In this document: positions 32,450 to 42,165 of the stretch, piece after piece
Position numbering within the stretch: the stretch's first letter is position 1
Layout: every line of letters begins with the position of its first letter
From: Candidatus Latescibacterota bacterium
GTDB lineage: Bacteria; Latescibacterota; UBA2968
Length of the DNA stretch: 64,000 nt
Assembly (NCBI GenBank): GCA_965205975.1
Contig: OZ242195.1
Span: 4,608,001 to 4,672,000, forward strand
Reading direction: 5' to 3'
Notes under the pieces: model-generated
Told to the model about the DNA's origin: nothing
Databases searched by the model: none
What the model saw: the letters and a program-made list of their open reading frames with translations, nothing else
Program-made: the position numbers and the translations under genes

Positions 32450-33172
32450 ATGTACAACATTATTCGCCTTCAACCTGATGAGGCAGAAAATTTTGCAGCG
32501 TTTCTCAATGATCTCTATACCCATCATTGGTCGCTCACCTCTTATGCTTATCAAAGAGAGCCAGTTTCAAAACTCATACATTTTGAAACATTGATTGAGG
32601 AACTTAATGAGCATAAGCATGTCTCCATTTTTCTACTAAAAAAATATGATCGCATCATTTCATCCATAAAAATAACTCAAAAGGAATCTGAGTCCGATGT
32701 GCTCATTTTTTCTCATGTAGAAACCCATCCCGACTTTCAAAAACGCGGGATTTTTGGGCTTACACTGGCAGATACGTGTTTAAGAACCGCCTGTGAATCT
32801 GATTGTAAACGCATTGAAATTACGACCTGGTCGTTCAATCGAAAAGGGATTCCACTTTATAAACGCTATGGATTTCGTGCGATACCAGGCACCAATCTTT
32901 TGATGGAAAATTATCTGCCAGCTATTGTGAAGCATGTAGATGCACAACCCTATTTTGCTCGCCATGATTATATTCGCACACTCTATAACAAACGCAGTTA
33001 TGGTTATGATGCTGTTGAAATGAATGGCTTAAGTGTCTTTGAGTATCGCTGGAAGCCAAGAAGGGCTGATGACACATTGCGCGTGTTGGTCGATTGGAAA
33101 AAAAAGGAAATCATTGATGTGGAATGCAAGGTCGTGGATTCATCACCATTAGTTAGAGAATGTCATGCGTAA
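32450..33172 (+). CDS. GNAT family N-acyltransferase
   Basis: VETHPDFQKRGI, NRKGIPLYKRYGF; C-terminal extension. Confidence 0.88.
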   Translation: MYNIIRLQPDEAENFAAFLNDLYTHHWSLTSYAYQREPVSKLIHFETLIEELNEHKHVSIFLLKKYDRIISSIKITQKESESDVLIFSHVETHPDFQKRGIFGLTLADTCLRTACESDCKRIEITTWSFNRKGIPLYKRYGFRAIPGTNLLMENYLPAIVKHVDAQPYFARHDYIRTLYNKRSYGYDAVEMNGLSVFEYRWKPRRADDTLRVLVDWKKKEIIDVECKVVDSSPLVRECHA

Positions 33173-35066
33173 AGAAAATCCCTCTCAAATCCGGATTGCC
33201 ATTGTCGATAGCGGCATAGACGCCTCGCATTCTGGTGTGCGTGATGTTGCAGGTGGTGTTCATATTCAGATTGGTAAAGACAGTAAGACTGTGTTTTTGG
33301 ATGATCACGCCGATTGTGCAGGACATGGTACAGCGTGTGCCGGGATTATTCGGAAGAAGGCTCCTGATGCAGCACTATATAGCGTGCGGATTTTTGATGC
33401 GTCTTTGATGGCGGATGGGCGGGCGTTGATTGCCGCGATTCAGTGGTGCATTGACAATGAGATAGGTGTGGTGAATTTGAGCCTGGGCACGACGGATGTG
33501 ACGTTTAAGGAGGGTCTCCAAAAGGTGTGCCGCAAAGCGGTTGACGCTGGCGTGATTCTCGTAGCTGCCGAGAGTAATGACGGGCGTGAGAGTTATCCTG
33601 CGATATTTTCCGAAGTAATTGGTGTGACTGGTGGTGCGATTTATGAACCAGACGGATTTTATTACCGCAAAGATCATCGCATCGAATGTGTGGCGCGAGG
33701 GGATGAACAGCGCGTGTGCTGGTTAAACGGAAAATATATTATGACTGGGGGTAATAGCTTTGCTGCGCCCCATATTACAGGCATTATCGCACGCCTGTTG
33801 GAACAGCATCCAAAATGTTCGGTTCAAGATATTCGGTTATTATTAAAAGAAAAAGCATTAAACGAAATATCTCAAGATCGAAATAAGTCCAAATCTGATC
33901 CTCAGATAATCCGAAAAGACTTTCAAGAGGACTATGCCTATATCAAAAAAGCCGTGTTGTATCCGTATAACAAAGAGATGCACAGCATGGTGCGCTATCG
34001 CGATTTGCTCGCGTTTGAGATTGTCGGGATCGCCGATCCCATTGGCAAGGGCATGGTGGGCAAAGATGCAGGCAAGGTGATTGGGGAACCGCAGGCAAAT
34101 CTGCGGATCAGTCCGAATATACGCCGCGCAATGGCAGATGCGGATACGCTCATTCTCGGCTATGTGGATCAACTATCTCGCATCCGCAAGCGCGATTTGC
34201 TCAGAGAATATGTGCAATTAGCTCTTGATGAGGGATGCCATGTGTTCAGTTTTCAGGCACTTGATCCAAACCTTTACGGCGACCTGTATGACATAGCGGA
34301 CAAAAAGGGACTGCGCCTTGCCTATCCCCATATTCATAGAGAAGAACTTGCACAGGCAATTCAAAATTTCAACGCGCTCCCACCTGTGGATGTGCCTGTA
34401 CTTTCAGTGATGGGGACGAGTTCTCAACAGGGCAAGTTCACTTTGCAACTCGCGCTCAGGCGCAGGCTCATCCAAAAGGGCTATAAAGTAGGGCAGATCG
34501 GCACTGAGCATCACGCTCGGTTATTTGGCATGGATGCTGCGTTTCCAATGGGCTACGCTTCGCCGCTCAAACTGCCATTTCAACATTACATACCGTATTT
34601 GGATTACAAAATGCGAGAAATTTGCCAGCGCACACAACCCGATATTATTCTGAATGGCTCTCAATCGGGGACCATTCCCTATCATGTCCAGGAACACAGT
34701 ACACATTGCTTGTCTTCACTGGCGTTTTTATTGGGGGTAAAACCCGATGCCTGCATTTTGGTGGTCAACAGCATTGATGCTGAAGAGTATATCCGCGATA
34801 CAATTGATGGCATACGTGCCGTGTGCAAAGCACCGACTATCTTGCTGGCGATGGGCGACCACGAAAAACACATCCGAACAGCTTATGGACGCAGTATGAT
34901 CACGCCCAAAAAGATGGCACAATCTCAAATTGATCAGCACTTAAAAAAACTACAAGATACGTTTTGTGTGCCTGCGATTGAGATTCTTTCAGAGACGGGT
35001 CAACGGTGTCTTGTGGAAACTGTGATTCAATATTTTTCAAAGGGTGATACATCAACTATCGCATAG
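33165..35066 (+). CDS. Cytoplasmic S8 serine peptidase fused to a DUF1611-like (Rossmann + P-loop) domain
   Basis: IVDSG / HGTACAG / GNSFAAP triad; no signal peptide; C-half VMGTSSQQGKFT, GQIGTE, GSQSG, LLGVKPDA. Confidence 0.8.
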   Translation: MRKENPSQIRIAIVDSGIDASHSGVRDVAGGVHIQIGKDSKTVFLDDHADCAGHGTACAGIIRKKAPDAALYSVRIFDASLMADGRALIAAIQWCIDNEIGVVNLSLGTTDVTFKEGLQKVCRKAVDAGVILVAAESNDGRESYPAIFSEVIGVTGGAIYEPDGFYYRKDHRIECVARGDEQRVCWLNGKYIMTGGNSFAAPHITGIIARLLEQHPKCSVQDIRLLLKEKALNEISQDRNKSKSDPQIIRKDFQEDYAYIKKAVLYPYNKEMHSMVRYRDLLAFEIVGIADPIGKGMVGKDAGKVIGEPQANLRISPNIRRAMADADTLILGYVDQLSRIRKRDLLREYVQLALDEGCHVFSFQALDPNLYGDLYDIADKKGLRLAYPHIHREELAQAIQNFNALPPVDVPVLSVMGTSSQQGKFTLQLALRRRLIQKGYKVGQIGTEHHARLFGMDAAFPMGYASPLKLPFQHYIPYLDYKMREICQRTQPDIILNGSQSGTIPYHVQEHSTHCLSSLAFLLGVKPDACILVVNSIDAEEYIRDTIDGIRAVCKAPTILLAMGDHEKHIRTAYGRSMITPKKMAQSQIDQHLKKLQDTFCVPAIEILSETGQRCLVETVIQYFSKGDTSTIA

Positions 35067-35074
35067 GAGGGGTT

Positions 35075-35353
35075 ATGTCTATTGAACATCGGGTTAAACA
35101 GGTGATCATTCGCACTTTGTCTCTTGAAGTTGACGCAGACGAAATTGACGATGAAGACGAGCTTTTTGGAGGTGGCCTGGGGATTAATTCGATGGCGACG
35201 ATTGAGATCATTGTGGGTCTGGAAGAGGAGTTTGACATTGAGGTGCCAGATGAAGATTTGCGCGTGGAAATATTTGATAGCGTGCAAACCATGGCCGACT
35301 ATGTTCGCGCAGTGTTACAGAAGGTACCTGAGGTCGCCGGACAGATAGAATAG
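35075..35353 (+). CDS. Acyl carrier protein
   Basis: Acidic 92 aa; LGINSMATIEIIVGLEEEFDIEV retains the phosphopantetheine Ser; AGGAGG RBS. Confidence 0.9.
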   Translation: MSIEHRVKQVIIRTLSLEVDADEIDDEDELFGGGLGINSMATIEIIVGLEEEFDIEVPDEDLRVEIFDSVQTMADYVRAVLQKVPEVAGQIE

Positions 35354-35397
35354 ATTTTTCGCTCGCACTTAGATGATACAGATTTTGAGATAGATCC

Positions 35398-36417
35398 ATG
35401 AAAAAATCGCTTCCCATAGAGGTATCCCCACCCATCCACGGCTATCCCCGCCATGGCTATCGGCTTTCGATTATGTCGCTTCAGGATGATTATATTCCCT
35501 GGTTCTTCTGCAATTATATCCAACTATTCGCCGTTGACCTGTTGCATGAGAGCAAACACAATATCCGATTCAACTTCTATTTTCAGGGTCCGTACTCCCC
35601 GCCGTGGCTGTCTATCTACACCGTTCCGAGGCGATCAATTGTCAGAGTCTATCATCAGATTGTGCCGTTTATTCGCGATCAAATTGATGAGGGCTTCTAT
35701 GTCCAGTTGATAGCTGATGAGTATTTTCTGCCGCATACGCCGTTTTATGAGAAAATACACAATCCACATACTATCCTGGTATTCGGATACGATGATCAAA
35801 TGGAAACGCTTGAGACTCTGGGATTCAATAGAGCGGGGGATTACTCTGTTTCAAGGGTTGGGTATTCAGAATTTGAAGCGGCGTTTTGCTGGATTGATCC
35901 CGAGAAACGCAGATCGTACCGGATAGACCTGTTTGAGTATAACGAGGACGGTGTCTATGAGTTTGACATTGACGCTGTCAGAGATCAGTTGCGAGCGTAC
36001 ATCCATTCTGAGAATCCGTCTATCCACTACCGGACGTTGCGTAAGCCAGTTGAAGGCGTCTTTGGGATGGCGACGTATAAGCTCTTGCGAGATTATTTTA
36101 CGCATTTGTTTGTCCATCCCCGGCTGTGGGATCGGCGGCATCTGTTCACGCTTTGGGAGCACAAGCGTTGTATGTTAAACAGGCTTGCTTATCTGGAAGA
36201 GCACGGGTATTTGCGTCCGTCTGACCAGTATCATCAGGCGTATAAGGAGGTTGAACACAAGGCGCATCAGGTTCATCTGATGATGCTCAAATTGCGAGCG
36301 TTGGTGAAGGTCAAGAGAGCGTGGGATGTGGATCGTATTCTGAAGATTATCACCTCGTTAGATGATATTTCTCAAAGGGAAGAGCGCATTCTGAAGAATG
36401 TTTTGAAGGCTCTTTGA
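35398..36417 (+). CDS. BtrH-like (papain/C39-like fold) protein, possible ACP-dependent acyltransferase
   Basis: WFFCNYIQL and DEYFLP..FY...HNPHTILVFGYDD pattern; helical C-terminus; adjacent to ACP. Confidence 0.5.
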   Translation: MKKSLPIEVSPPIHGYPRHGYRLSIMSLQDDYIPWFFCNYIQLFAVDLLHESKHNIRFNFYFQGPYSPPWLSIYTVPRRSIVRVYHQIVPFIRDQIDEGFYVQLIADEYFLPHTPFYEKIHNPHTILVFGYDDQMETLETLGFNRAGDYSVSRVGYSEFEAAFCWIDPEKRRSYRIDLFEYNEDGVYEFDIDAVRDQLRAYIHSENPSIHYRTLRKPVEGVFGMATYKLLRDYFTHLFVHPRLWDRRHLFTLWEHKRCMLNRLAYLEEHGYLRPSDQYHQAYKEVEHKAHQVHLMMLKLRALVKVKRAWDVDRILKIITSLDDISQREERILKNVLKAL

Positions 36418-36439
36418 GGCGCGTACACGATAGCACATA

Positions 36440-36484
36440 AAATCCCCTATTGCGCGTTATTGCGATGGGGGATTGGTTTTTTTT
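36440..36484. terminator. Imperfect terminator closing the cluster
   Basis: AATCCCCTATTGCG..TTGCGATGGGGGATT followed by T-run, between convergent genes. Confidence 0.55.
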
Positions 36485-37373
36485 ACATCAATTTTTTGCG
36501 TTTGGCGAGGTAGTTGAAGAGGGCGGTGTCAAAGGGTTCTGAGGTTTCGAGGAGGACGTAGTCGATCAGGGCTTCGCGGCATTCGCGGCGAAAGCGGTTG
36601 ATGAGGGTTTCCATGTGGTCGCGGTACTCGGGTGCGAGGTGCCAGGGTTCTGTGGCGATTTGGGTGCCGGATTCGAGATCGACAAAGCGCATTTCGCGGT
36701 TGAAGTCGAGGTCGCGCTCTCGGGGGTCCAGGATGTGGAAGACGATGACTTCGTGGTTGCGATGGCGAAAGTGTTTGAGGCCGTTGAGCAGGCGATCTGG
36801 ATCGTCGAAGAGGTCGGAGATGACGATGACGAGGCCGCGGCGCACAATGCGTTCGGCCAGTTCGTGAAAGGCGGCGGCGAGGTCGGTGTCGCCGCCTTCG
36901 GGGCTGGTGTTTTGGAGCGTGGTCAGGAGGGTGTGCAAATGACTGGTGACTGAGCGGGGCGGCAGATATGTGCGTATGCGGTCGTCAAAGGCGATTAATC
37001 CGACGGCGTCGCGCTGGCGCAACATGAGGTGGGATAGGGCGGCTGCGGTATAAGATGCGTATTGGAATTTGGTGATGGAATCCGAGCCATAAGCCATTGA
37101 GGCACTGGCGTCTATGAGGAGATGGGCTTTGAGGTTGGTTTCTTCTTCGTATTGTTTGACGTAGAGGCGGTCGGTTTTGCCAAATACTTTCCAGTCCAGG
37201 TCGCGCAGTGAGTCCCCCGGCATGTATTGTCGGTATTCGGAGAATTCGACGGAGAATCCGTGGTAGGGGCTTTGATGCAGGCCGGTGATAAATCCCTCAA
37301 CGACCATGCGGGCGATCAGGTCCAGGCGCGCGAGCCGGGAGACGACTTCGGGTTTGAGATATTCCTGGTTCAT
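36483..37373 (-). CDS. DUF58 domain (vWA-like, MoxR-associated) protein
   Basis: GFSVEFSEYRQYMPGD..DWK, VKQYEEE, IDASASM, VISD. Confidence 0.92.
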   Translation of the reverse strand: MNQEYLKPEVVSRLARLDLIARMVVEGFITGLHQSPYHGFSVEFSEYRQYMPGDSLRDLDWKVFGKTDRLYVKQYEEETNLKAHLLIDASASMAYGSDSITKFQYASYTAAALSHLMLRQRDAVGLIAFDDRIRTYLPPRSVTSHLHTLLTTLQNTSPEGGDTDLAAAFHELAERIVRRGLVIVISDLFDDPDRLLNGLKHFRHRNHEVIVFHILDPRERDLDFNREMRFVDLESGTQIATEPWHLAPEYRDHMETLINRFRRECREALIDYVLLETSEPFDTALFNYLAKRKKLM

Positions 37374-37375
37374 CC

Positions 37376-38542
37376 CTAAAAGCCCGCGGCGAGGATGATC
37401 CAACCCGCAACGGCTCCGCCGACGACCAGCCATACTGCGCCGACTCCGCGCCACAATATCAGAATGGATGCGATGCCTGCGATTGCCATTTTGGGTATTG
37501 AATCCAGGGTTAGGTAGCCCAGTTCTATTGTTACAGCGGCCATCAATCCCACGGCACAGACGTTTACGGCGTCGAGGAATGACGCTACCCATTCAGATTC
37601 TCGCAGCCGGGGCAAGAGGGGATTCAGGGCAGCGACAAATACAAAGGAAGGTAGGAAGATCGCGCCAGCAGCGACGAGGGCTCCGGATAATTTGCCGCCG
37701 GTGACGAGATAGCCGATGAAGGCTGCGGTCGATAATACGGGTCCGGGTGTGAACTGACCGATGGCAATGGCTTCCAGCAATTGTTCCTGGGTCAGCCAGG
37801 CATATCCGAGCACGAGTTCTTCTTCGAGAAATGCAATGAGTAAGTATCCGCTGCCGTAGAGGATTGCGCCAATTTTTAGGAAGAATAGGCCCAGTGCCCA
37901 CAGAGTTGGTCCTGCGGATACTGCGCCTTGACTTGCCAGTATTGTAAATCCTGTGCCTGCTATAGGCGCAATTATAGCTGCGTGTTCGCGATCTCTGGAG
38001 CGGGTCATTCTCAGCCAGAACATTCCGATGATTCCACCGCCGATCAGTGCGAGTACACCGCTGAATTGGGTGAGGGCCACCAGCATTACAGCCAGGCCCA
38101 GAAAGCTCAATCGCCAGCCTTTTACAGCTTTTTGACCGAGTCGCCACAGTGCGCCCAGAATGACGGCGAGGACCGCTGGTTTGATGCCATAAAGCAGGTC
38201 GGCAACCTCTGGGATAGCGCCATACGTCATGTAGGCCCAGGCGAGGATTGTGGTCAATGTGACGGCGGGAAATATAAAACACAGGCCAGCGAGCAATAGA
38301 CCGGGCCAACCGCCGCGCAAGAATCCCAGGTGTATCGCCATTTCCGTCGAGTTTGGTCCGGGGATAATGCTGGTTACGCCGACGAGGTCCAAGAATCGCT
38401 CGCGCGATAGCCACGCGCGCTTTTCAACGACTTCGTCTTCCATCAGGGCGATGTGCGCTGCGGGTCCACCAAAACCTATGACGCCGAGTTTGAAGAATAA
38501 TGCCGCTACTTCGCGCAGTCGTCCGCGTTTTTCGTTTTCCAT
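37376..38542 (-). CDS. chrA: Chromate ion transporter (long-chain CHR)
   Basis: FGGP, IPGPNSTE, YGSGY, GQFTPGP. Confidence 0.92.
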   Translation of the reverse strand: MENEKRGRLREVAALFFKLGVIGFGGPAAHIALMEDEVVEKRAWLSRERFLDLVGVTSIIPGPNSTEMAIHLGFLRGGWPGLLLAGLCFIFPAVTLTTILAWAYMTYGAIPEVADLLYGIKPAVLAVILGALWRLGQKAVKGWRLSFLGLAVMLVALTQFSGVLALIGGGIIGMFWLRMTRSRDREHAAIIAPIAGTGFTILASQGAVSAGPTLWALGLFFLKIGAILYGSGYLLIAFLEEELVLGYAWLTQEQLLEAIAIGQFTPGPVLSTAAFIGYLVTGGKLSGALVAAGAIFLPSFVFVAALNPLLPRLRESEWVASFLDAVNVCAVGLMAAVTIELGYLTLDSIPKMAIAGIASILILWRGVGAVWLVVGGAVAGWIILAAGF

Positions 38543-38547
38543 ATAAT

Positions 38548-39915
38548 TTACCTCTGTATATCATCAACAACTTCACCAAGTATCTGTAAGCCATCTTCAA
38601 GCGCGTCTTGTTCAATGGTCAATGGCGGAGAGATTTTTACGGTTTGTCCCCACGCGCCCACAGGGGCAAAGAATAGCAGTCCTTTGTGAAAACATCGCAG
38701 TACAATTTCGTGCGCCAGGTCCGGGTCGGGTTCTTTTTGTCCGGCTTTTACCATTTGTACACCGCCTACGAGTCCTTTGCAGGTTACGTGCCCGACCACG
38801 TCGGGATGTGCGGCCTGGATTTTTTTGATTCCGTTCGCTAATACGGGTTCGAGTCGCGCTGCATTGCCGGTTAGGTCATCGTTTACGATTTTTTTCAGGC
38901 TGGCGAGTGCCGCTGCACAACAGACGGGGTTGCCCGTGTGGGTGCTGGTCATTGATCCGGGAGGGTATGAGTCCATGACTTCGGTTCTGCCGATTACGCC
39001 CGATAGGGGCAAGGAACTGCTTACGCCTTTGCCAAAGCATATCAGGTCGGGGGTTACGCCGTAGTGCTCAAATCCCCACATTTTACCTGTGCGACCAAAT
39101 CCCGCCTGTACTTCATCAAAGATTAAGAGGGCATTGTGCGCTTTGCACCATTCAGATAGTGCCTGTACGTACGCTACGGGCGCGAAATCGGGTCCCACGC
39201 CCTGATATGTTTCGAGCATGACGCCGCATACATCGTCTGCATTTAGTCCTTTGTCTTTGATTGTAGAGCAGAAAAAATCGAAATCCACGTTTTCTGTCCA
39301 ATATCCGTCGGGAAAGGGCACCTGTACGATGGCGGGGTCTTCGTTGCCGATCCAATCTTTTTGCCCGGGCATTCCGCCGACTTGCTGGGCGCCCATTGTG
39401 CGTCCGTGAAATCCGCGTTCAAATCCCACAAAGCCGATTTTCTTTTTTCCTCCGGTTGTAATGCCATGCGTTCGCGCGAGTTTTAAGGCGTTTTCTGTGC
39501 TTTCAGATCCGGTTGTTAAAAGAAAAACTTTGTCTAACCCTTCTGGTGCCAGGTCCGCCAGAAATTCGACGAGTTGCGCCCGTTCCTCGCTCGGGAATAC
39601 GTAGTTGTGTAGTAGTCCGGTGCCTACCTGATCTACGATTGCACGCCGGACTTCGGGCATGCCGTGGCCGGCATTGGTGACGAGTACGCCAGAGCTCCAG
39701 TCGAGCCACATGTTGCCGTATTTGTCATAGACCTGACAGTCTTCTGCGCGATCCCATACTATGGGCGGTTGTCCGCGCATGGAGATGGGTTCTACCCGGT
39801 GCAGGGTTTCCAAAGTTGCTACCGAGTCTGGGTGGGGCACAGGCGTCACGATGCGGCGATATTTTGTATCGACTTTTGGTACGTTGGCAGGGGTGATGTC
39901 AAATTCTTTTCCCAT
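38548..39915 (-). CDS. Class III PLP-dependent aminotransferase
   Basis: TGSES, FHGRT, FDEVQAGFGRTG, FGKG, THTGNP. Confidence 0.93.
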   Translation of the reverse strand: MGKEFDITPANVPKVDTKYRRIVTPVPHPDSVATLETLHRVEPISMRGQPPIVWDRAEDCQVYDKYGNMWLDWSSGVLVTNAGHGMPEVRRAIVDQVGTGLLHNYVFPSEERAQLVEFLADLAPEGLDKVFLLTTGSESTENALKLARTHGITTGGKKKIGFVGFERGFHGRTMGAQQVGGMPGQKDWIGNEDPAIVQVPFPDGYWTENVDFDFFCSTIKDKGLNADDVCGVMLETYQGVGPDFAPVAYVQALSEWCKAHNALLIFDEVQAGFGRTGKMWGFEHYGVTPDLICFGKGVSSSLPLSGVIGRTEVMDSYPPGSMTSTHTGNPVCCAAALASLKKIVNDDLTGNAARLEPVLANGIKKIQAAHPDVVGHVTCKGLVGGVQMVKAGQKEPDPDLAHEIVLRCFHKGLLFFAPVGAWGQTVKISPPLTIEQDALEDGLQILGEVVDDIQR

Positions 39916-41210
39916 TACACTGGCCTATCGTATATTTTTTCAAATAATGCGTCGGGTCCGTCAGATGCGCGGTTGGGATCGACGATGGTGATGCCGTCTG
40001 CGCCGAATTGCGCTGTGACTGTGGCGCCTTTGCCTTCGCGCATGTATTCAAAATTGCGGTCGCAGACGATGCGCGCGGCATCTACGATTGCCGTGGTGAT
40101 TCGGCCGTCTTCAGCGGTGGGATAGATTTCTTTTACGTCTGATAGGGTTTCGCCCAGGAATTCGACGCGACATATTGCGACGAGTGCCACGATGATGCTG
40201 TCTGTGCCATAGCCCACATAGACTTCTGAGCCGTCGGGGCGTTTGACGTTGCGCGTGAAGTGGTTGTTTGAACTCTGGCTGCCGCCGTCTGCGTACCAGA
40301 ATCGAAATCCGCGATATTGCTGGTCGGATTCCACTTTGCCGTCGGTGCCGACTATTTCGTGTCCCTGATTGACGGGTCCTTCAAAATCGTCGGGGGTGAT
40401 CCAGTTGTTGTGGAAGTAAATGCTCATGCCGTTGTCGAAATCCACGCGTACCTGGACGGCGTCATAAGCGTCAATTCCGTCGCGTATGAGGCGTTTTTTT
40501 TGCCCTACGGCTGTGAGGGATACGGGTTTGCTGCGGTAGTAGTTGTAAAACAGATCGACCCAGTGGGGTCCCACGTAGGAAAAGGGGTCGCTTTCTTCTG
40601 CCCACTTAAATGTGGTGGTGGATACTTCGAGGGGTTCTTCCAACATGGCCAGTCCGTAAATGGGGTCGCCGATGCGATTGGCGATGTCGTGTTCGATGCG
40701 CATGTGATCCGGGTCGTAGCGCTTGTGCATATCGACCGCACATACCAGTCCTTTTTCATTGGCGAGTTCGATCATTTCGTCGGCTTCGTGAACCGATAAG
40801 CACATCGGTTTTTCGGTGATGACATGGGTGCCGTTGTTCAGTGCTGCGAGGACCACGGGCGTGTGCAGGTTGTCGGGTGTGGCGACGGCCATGACGTCGA
40901 GGTCCGGAAAGTCGCGCAATACATCTTCCCAGGGTGTTTCGCCCCAGTAGGGTGCGGGCGCGTGTCCGGTCCATTGCTCAAAATTGGCTTTTGCGCGCTG
41001 GGCGGAGGCTTCGCTGCGCGTGGCTATTGCAACGAGATCAAATTCGATGTCTGCAAGGTCGCGCGCCCAGGCGTCGAGTCCCACTCGTCCCATCAGGCCG
41101 CTGATGCCGTTGCGTTGCAGATCCGCAAATGCCCGGGCGTGAACATCGCCGCCAAACATCCCGGCGCCTATCAATGCTATTGTTACTTTTCTTGCCATTA
41201 AATACTCCAT
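39915..41210 (-). CDS. Gfo/Idh/MocA family oxidoreductase
   Basis: LIGAGMFG, VATPDNLH, TEKPM, HKRYDP. Confidence 0.88.
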   Translation of the reverse strand: MEYLMARKVTIALIGAGMFGGDVHARAFADLQRNGISGLMGRVGLDAWARDLADIEFDLVAIATRSEASAQRAKANFEQWTGHAPAPYWGETPWEDVLRDFPDLDVMAVATPDNLHTPVVLAALNNGTHVITEKPMCLSVHEADEMIELANEKGLVCAVDMHKRYDPDHMRIEHDIANRIGDPIYGLAMLEEPLEVSTTTFKWAEESDPFSYVGPHWVDLFYNYYRSKPVSLTAVGQKKRLIRDGIDAYDAVQVRVDFDNGMSIYFHNNWITPDDFEGPVNQGHEIVGTDGKVESDQQYRGFRFWYADGGSQSSNNHFTRNVKRPDGSEVYVGYGTDSIIVALVAICRVEFLGETLSDVKEIYPTAEDGRITTAIVDAARIVCDRNFEYMREGKGATVTAQFGADGITIVDPNRASDGPDALFEKIYDRPV

Positions 41211-41996
41211 TCAAGGTTGGGATTTACTACGTAAAAACGATAGGTCGGCCTTTGCCGCTGTCCAGAGGTCGTCCATGTTTTCTCCGGGTTCGCGGGTCCC
41301 TTTGGAAAATTCGACGGTGATGGAGCCAGAGAATTTGTATTCTGCCATCAGGTCCAGTGCTGTCTGGGCGCGTTCGGGATAGTCATTGAGCAAATGGACA
41401 TTGCTGTTTTCATCGCGCAATTGGGTGTGGGCGTGCGTGACTTTGGGACCAAAGAGGTCAAACCATTGCTTCAGGACATCCATTTCGGGGATGAAGCAGT
41501 GTACGATGATTTCCCAGCCTTCGATGCTTAGATCGTCGAAGAATGCTCTGGCGTCATCGGGGTCTTCTACTATTGTGCCGGGGTGGCATTCGCAGAGCAA
41601 TGTACAGGTTTGCGGGACTTGTTCGCGCCAGGCGCGCAGGTTGTTCAAATAGGTGTCGCGCAGGGCGGGGTCTTTGCCGACGTTGAATTTTACACCGGTT
41701 GAGCCGAACAGGCCGATCATTTCTGCCGCGTTTTGGCGCGCATTGGCATCGTTGTCGTCAAAGTCGCAATAGGTATTATAAATTGTTGCGGGAAAATTAG
41801 AGGATAGCAGTTTTTCGCGCTCGGCGTCTGAACACAGTGTGGCGTGATATTCCCACAGTTCCATTCCGTCAAATCCGGCTTCTCGAAATCGGTTAGTCCA
41901 GTCGCTTACTTCGTAGGTCGGTGTTTTGGGATCGCCCCAGCGGTTGAGGTCCAATAATATGGAGCCGATTAAAATTTGTCCATTGCGATTTGACAT
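41211..41996 (-). CDS. Sugar phosphate isomerase/epimerase family TIM barrel
   Basis: GFDGMELW, ECHPGT, HAH, TVEF. Confidence 0.75.
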   Translation of the reverse strand: MSNRNGQILIGSILLDLNRWGDPKTPTYEVSDWTNRFREAGFDGMELWEYHATLCSDAEREKLLSSNFPATIYNTYCDFDDNDANARQNAAEMIGLFGSTGVKFNVGKDPALRDTYLNNLRAWREQVPQTCTLLCECHPGTIVEDPDDARAFFDDLSIEGWEIIVHCFIPEMDVLKQWFDLFGPKVTHAHTQLRDENSNVHLLNDYPERAQTALDLMAEYKFSGSITVEFSKGTREPGENMDDLWTAAKADLSFLRSKSQP

Positions 41997-42120
41997 GTTA
42001 TATCTCCATTAGAATAAAAAGCGCGAATCAACGAATCAACGGAACGGGGTACAACTGGTCGTTTCCCAGACCAGTTCATCAACGACGGAGTTCGCACTGA
42101 CTTTGGGTGGTTGGGCGGGG

Positions 42121-42148
42121 TTCGTCTATTCGTCTATTCGTCTATTCG
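42121..42148. repeat. 8-bp tandem repeat (TTCGTCTA)x3.5
   Basis: Seen directly; related CGAATCAA repeat at 42024-42041. Confidence 0.8.
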
Positions 42149-42165
42149 CAGATTTCCCTGCCTAT

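Noticed and set aside
36483..37592. N-terminal extensions in the ORF track (DUF58, ABC binding protein, LarA, icd, MTase, LLM, Vgb-like)
   Set aside because: They overlap neighbours or intergenic signals; downstream starts fit the RBS and family N-termini better.
42024..42148. 8-bp tandem repeats as a phase-variation switch
   Set aside because: Few copies, intergenic, and not within an evident promoter or CDS.
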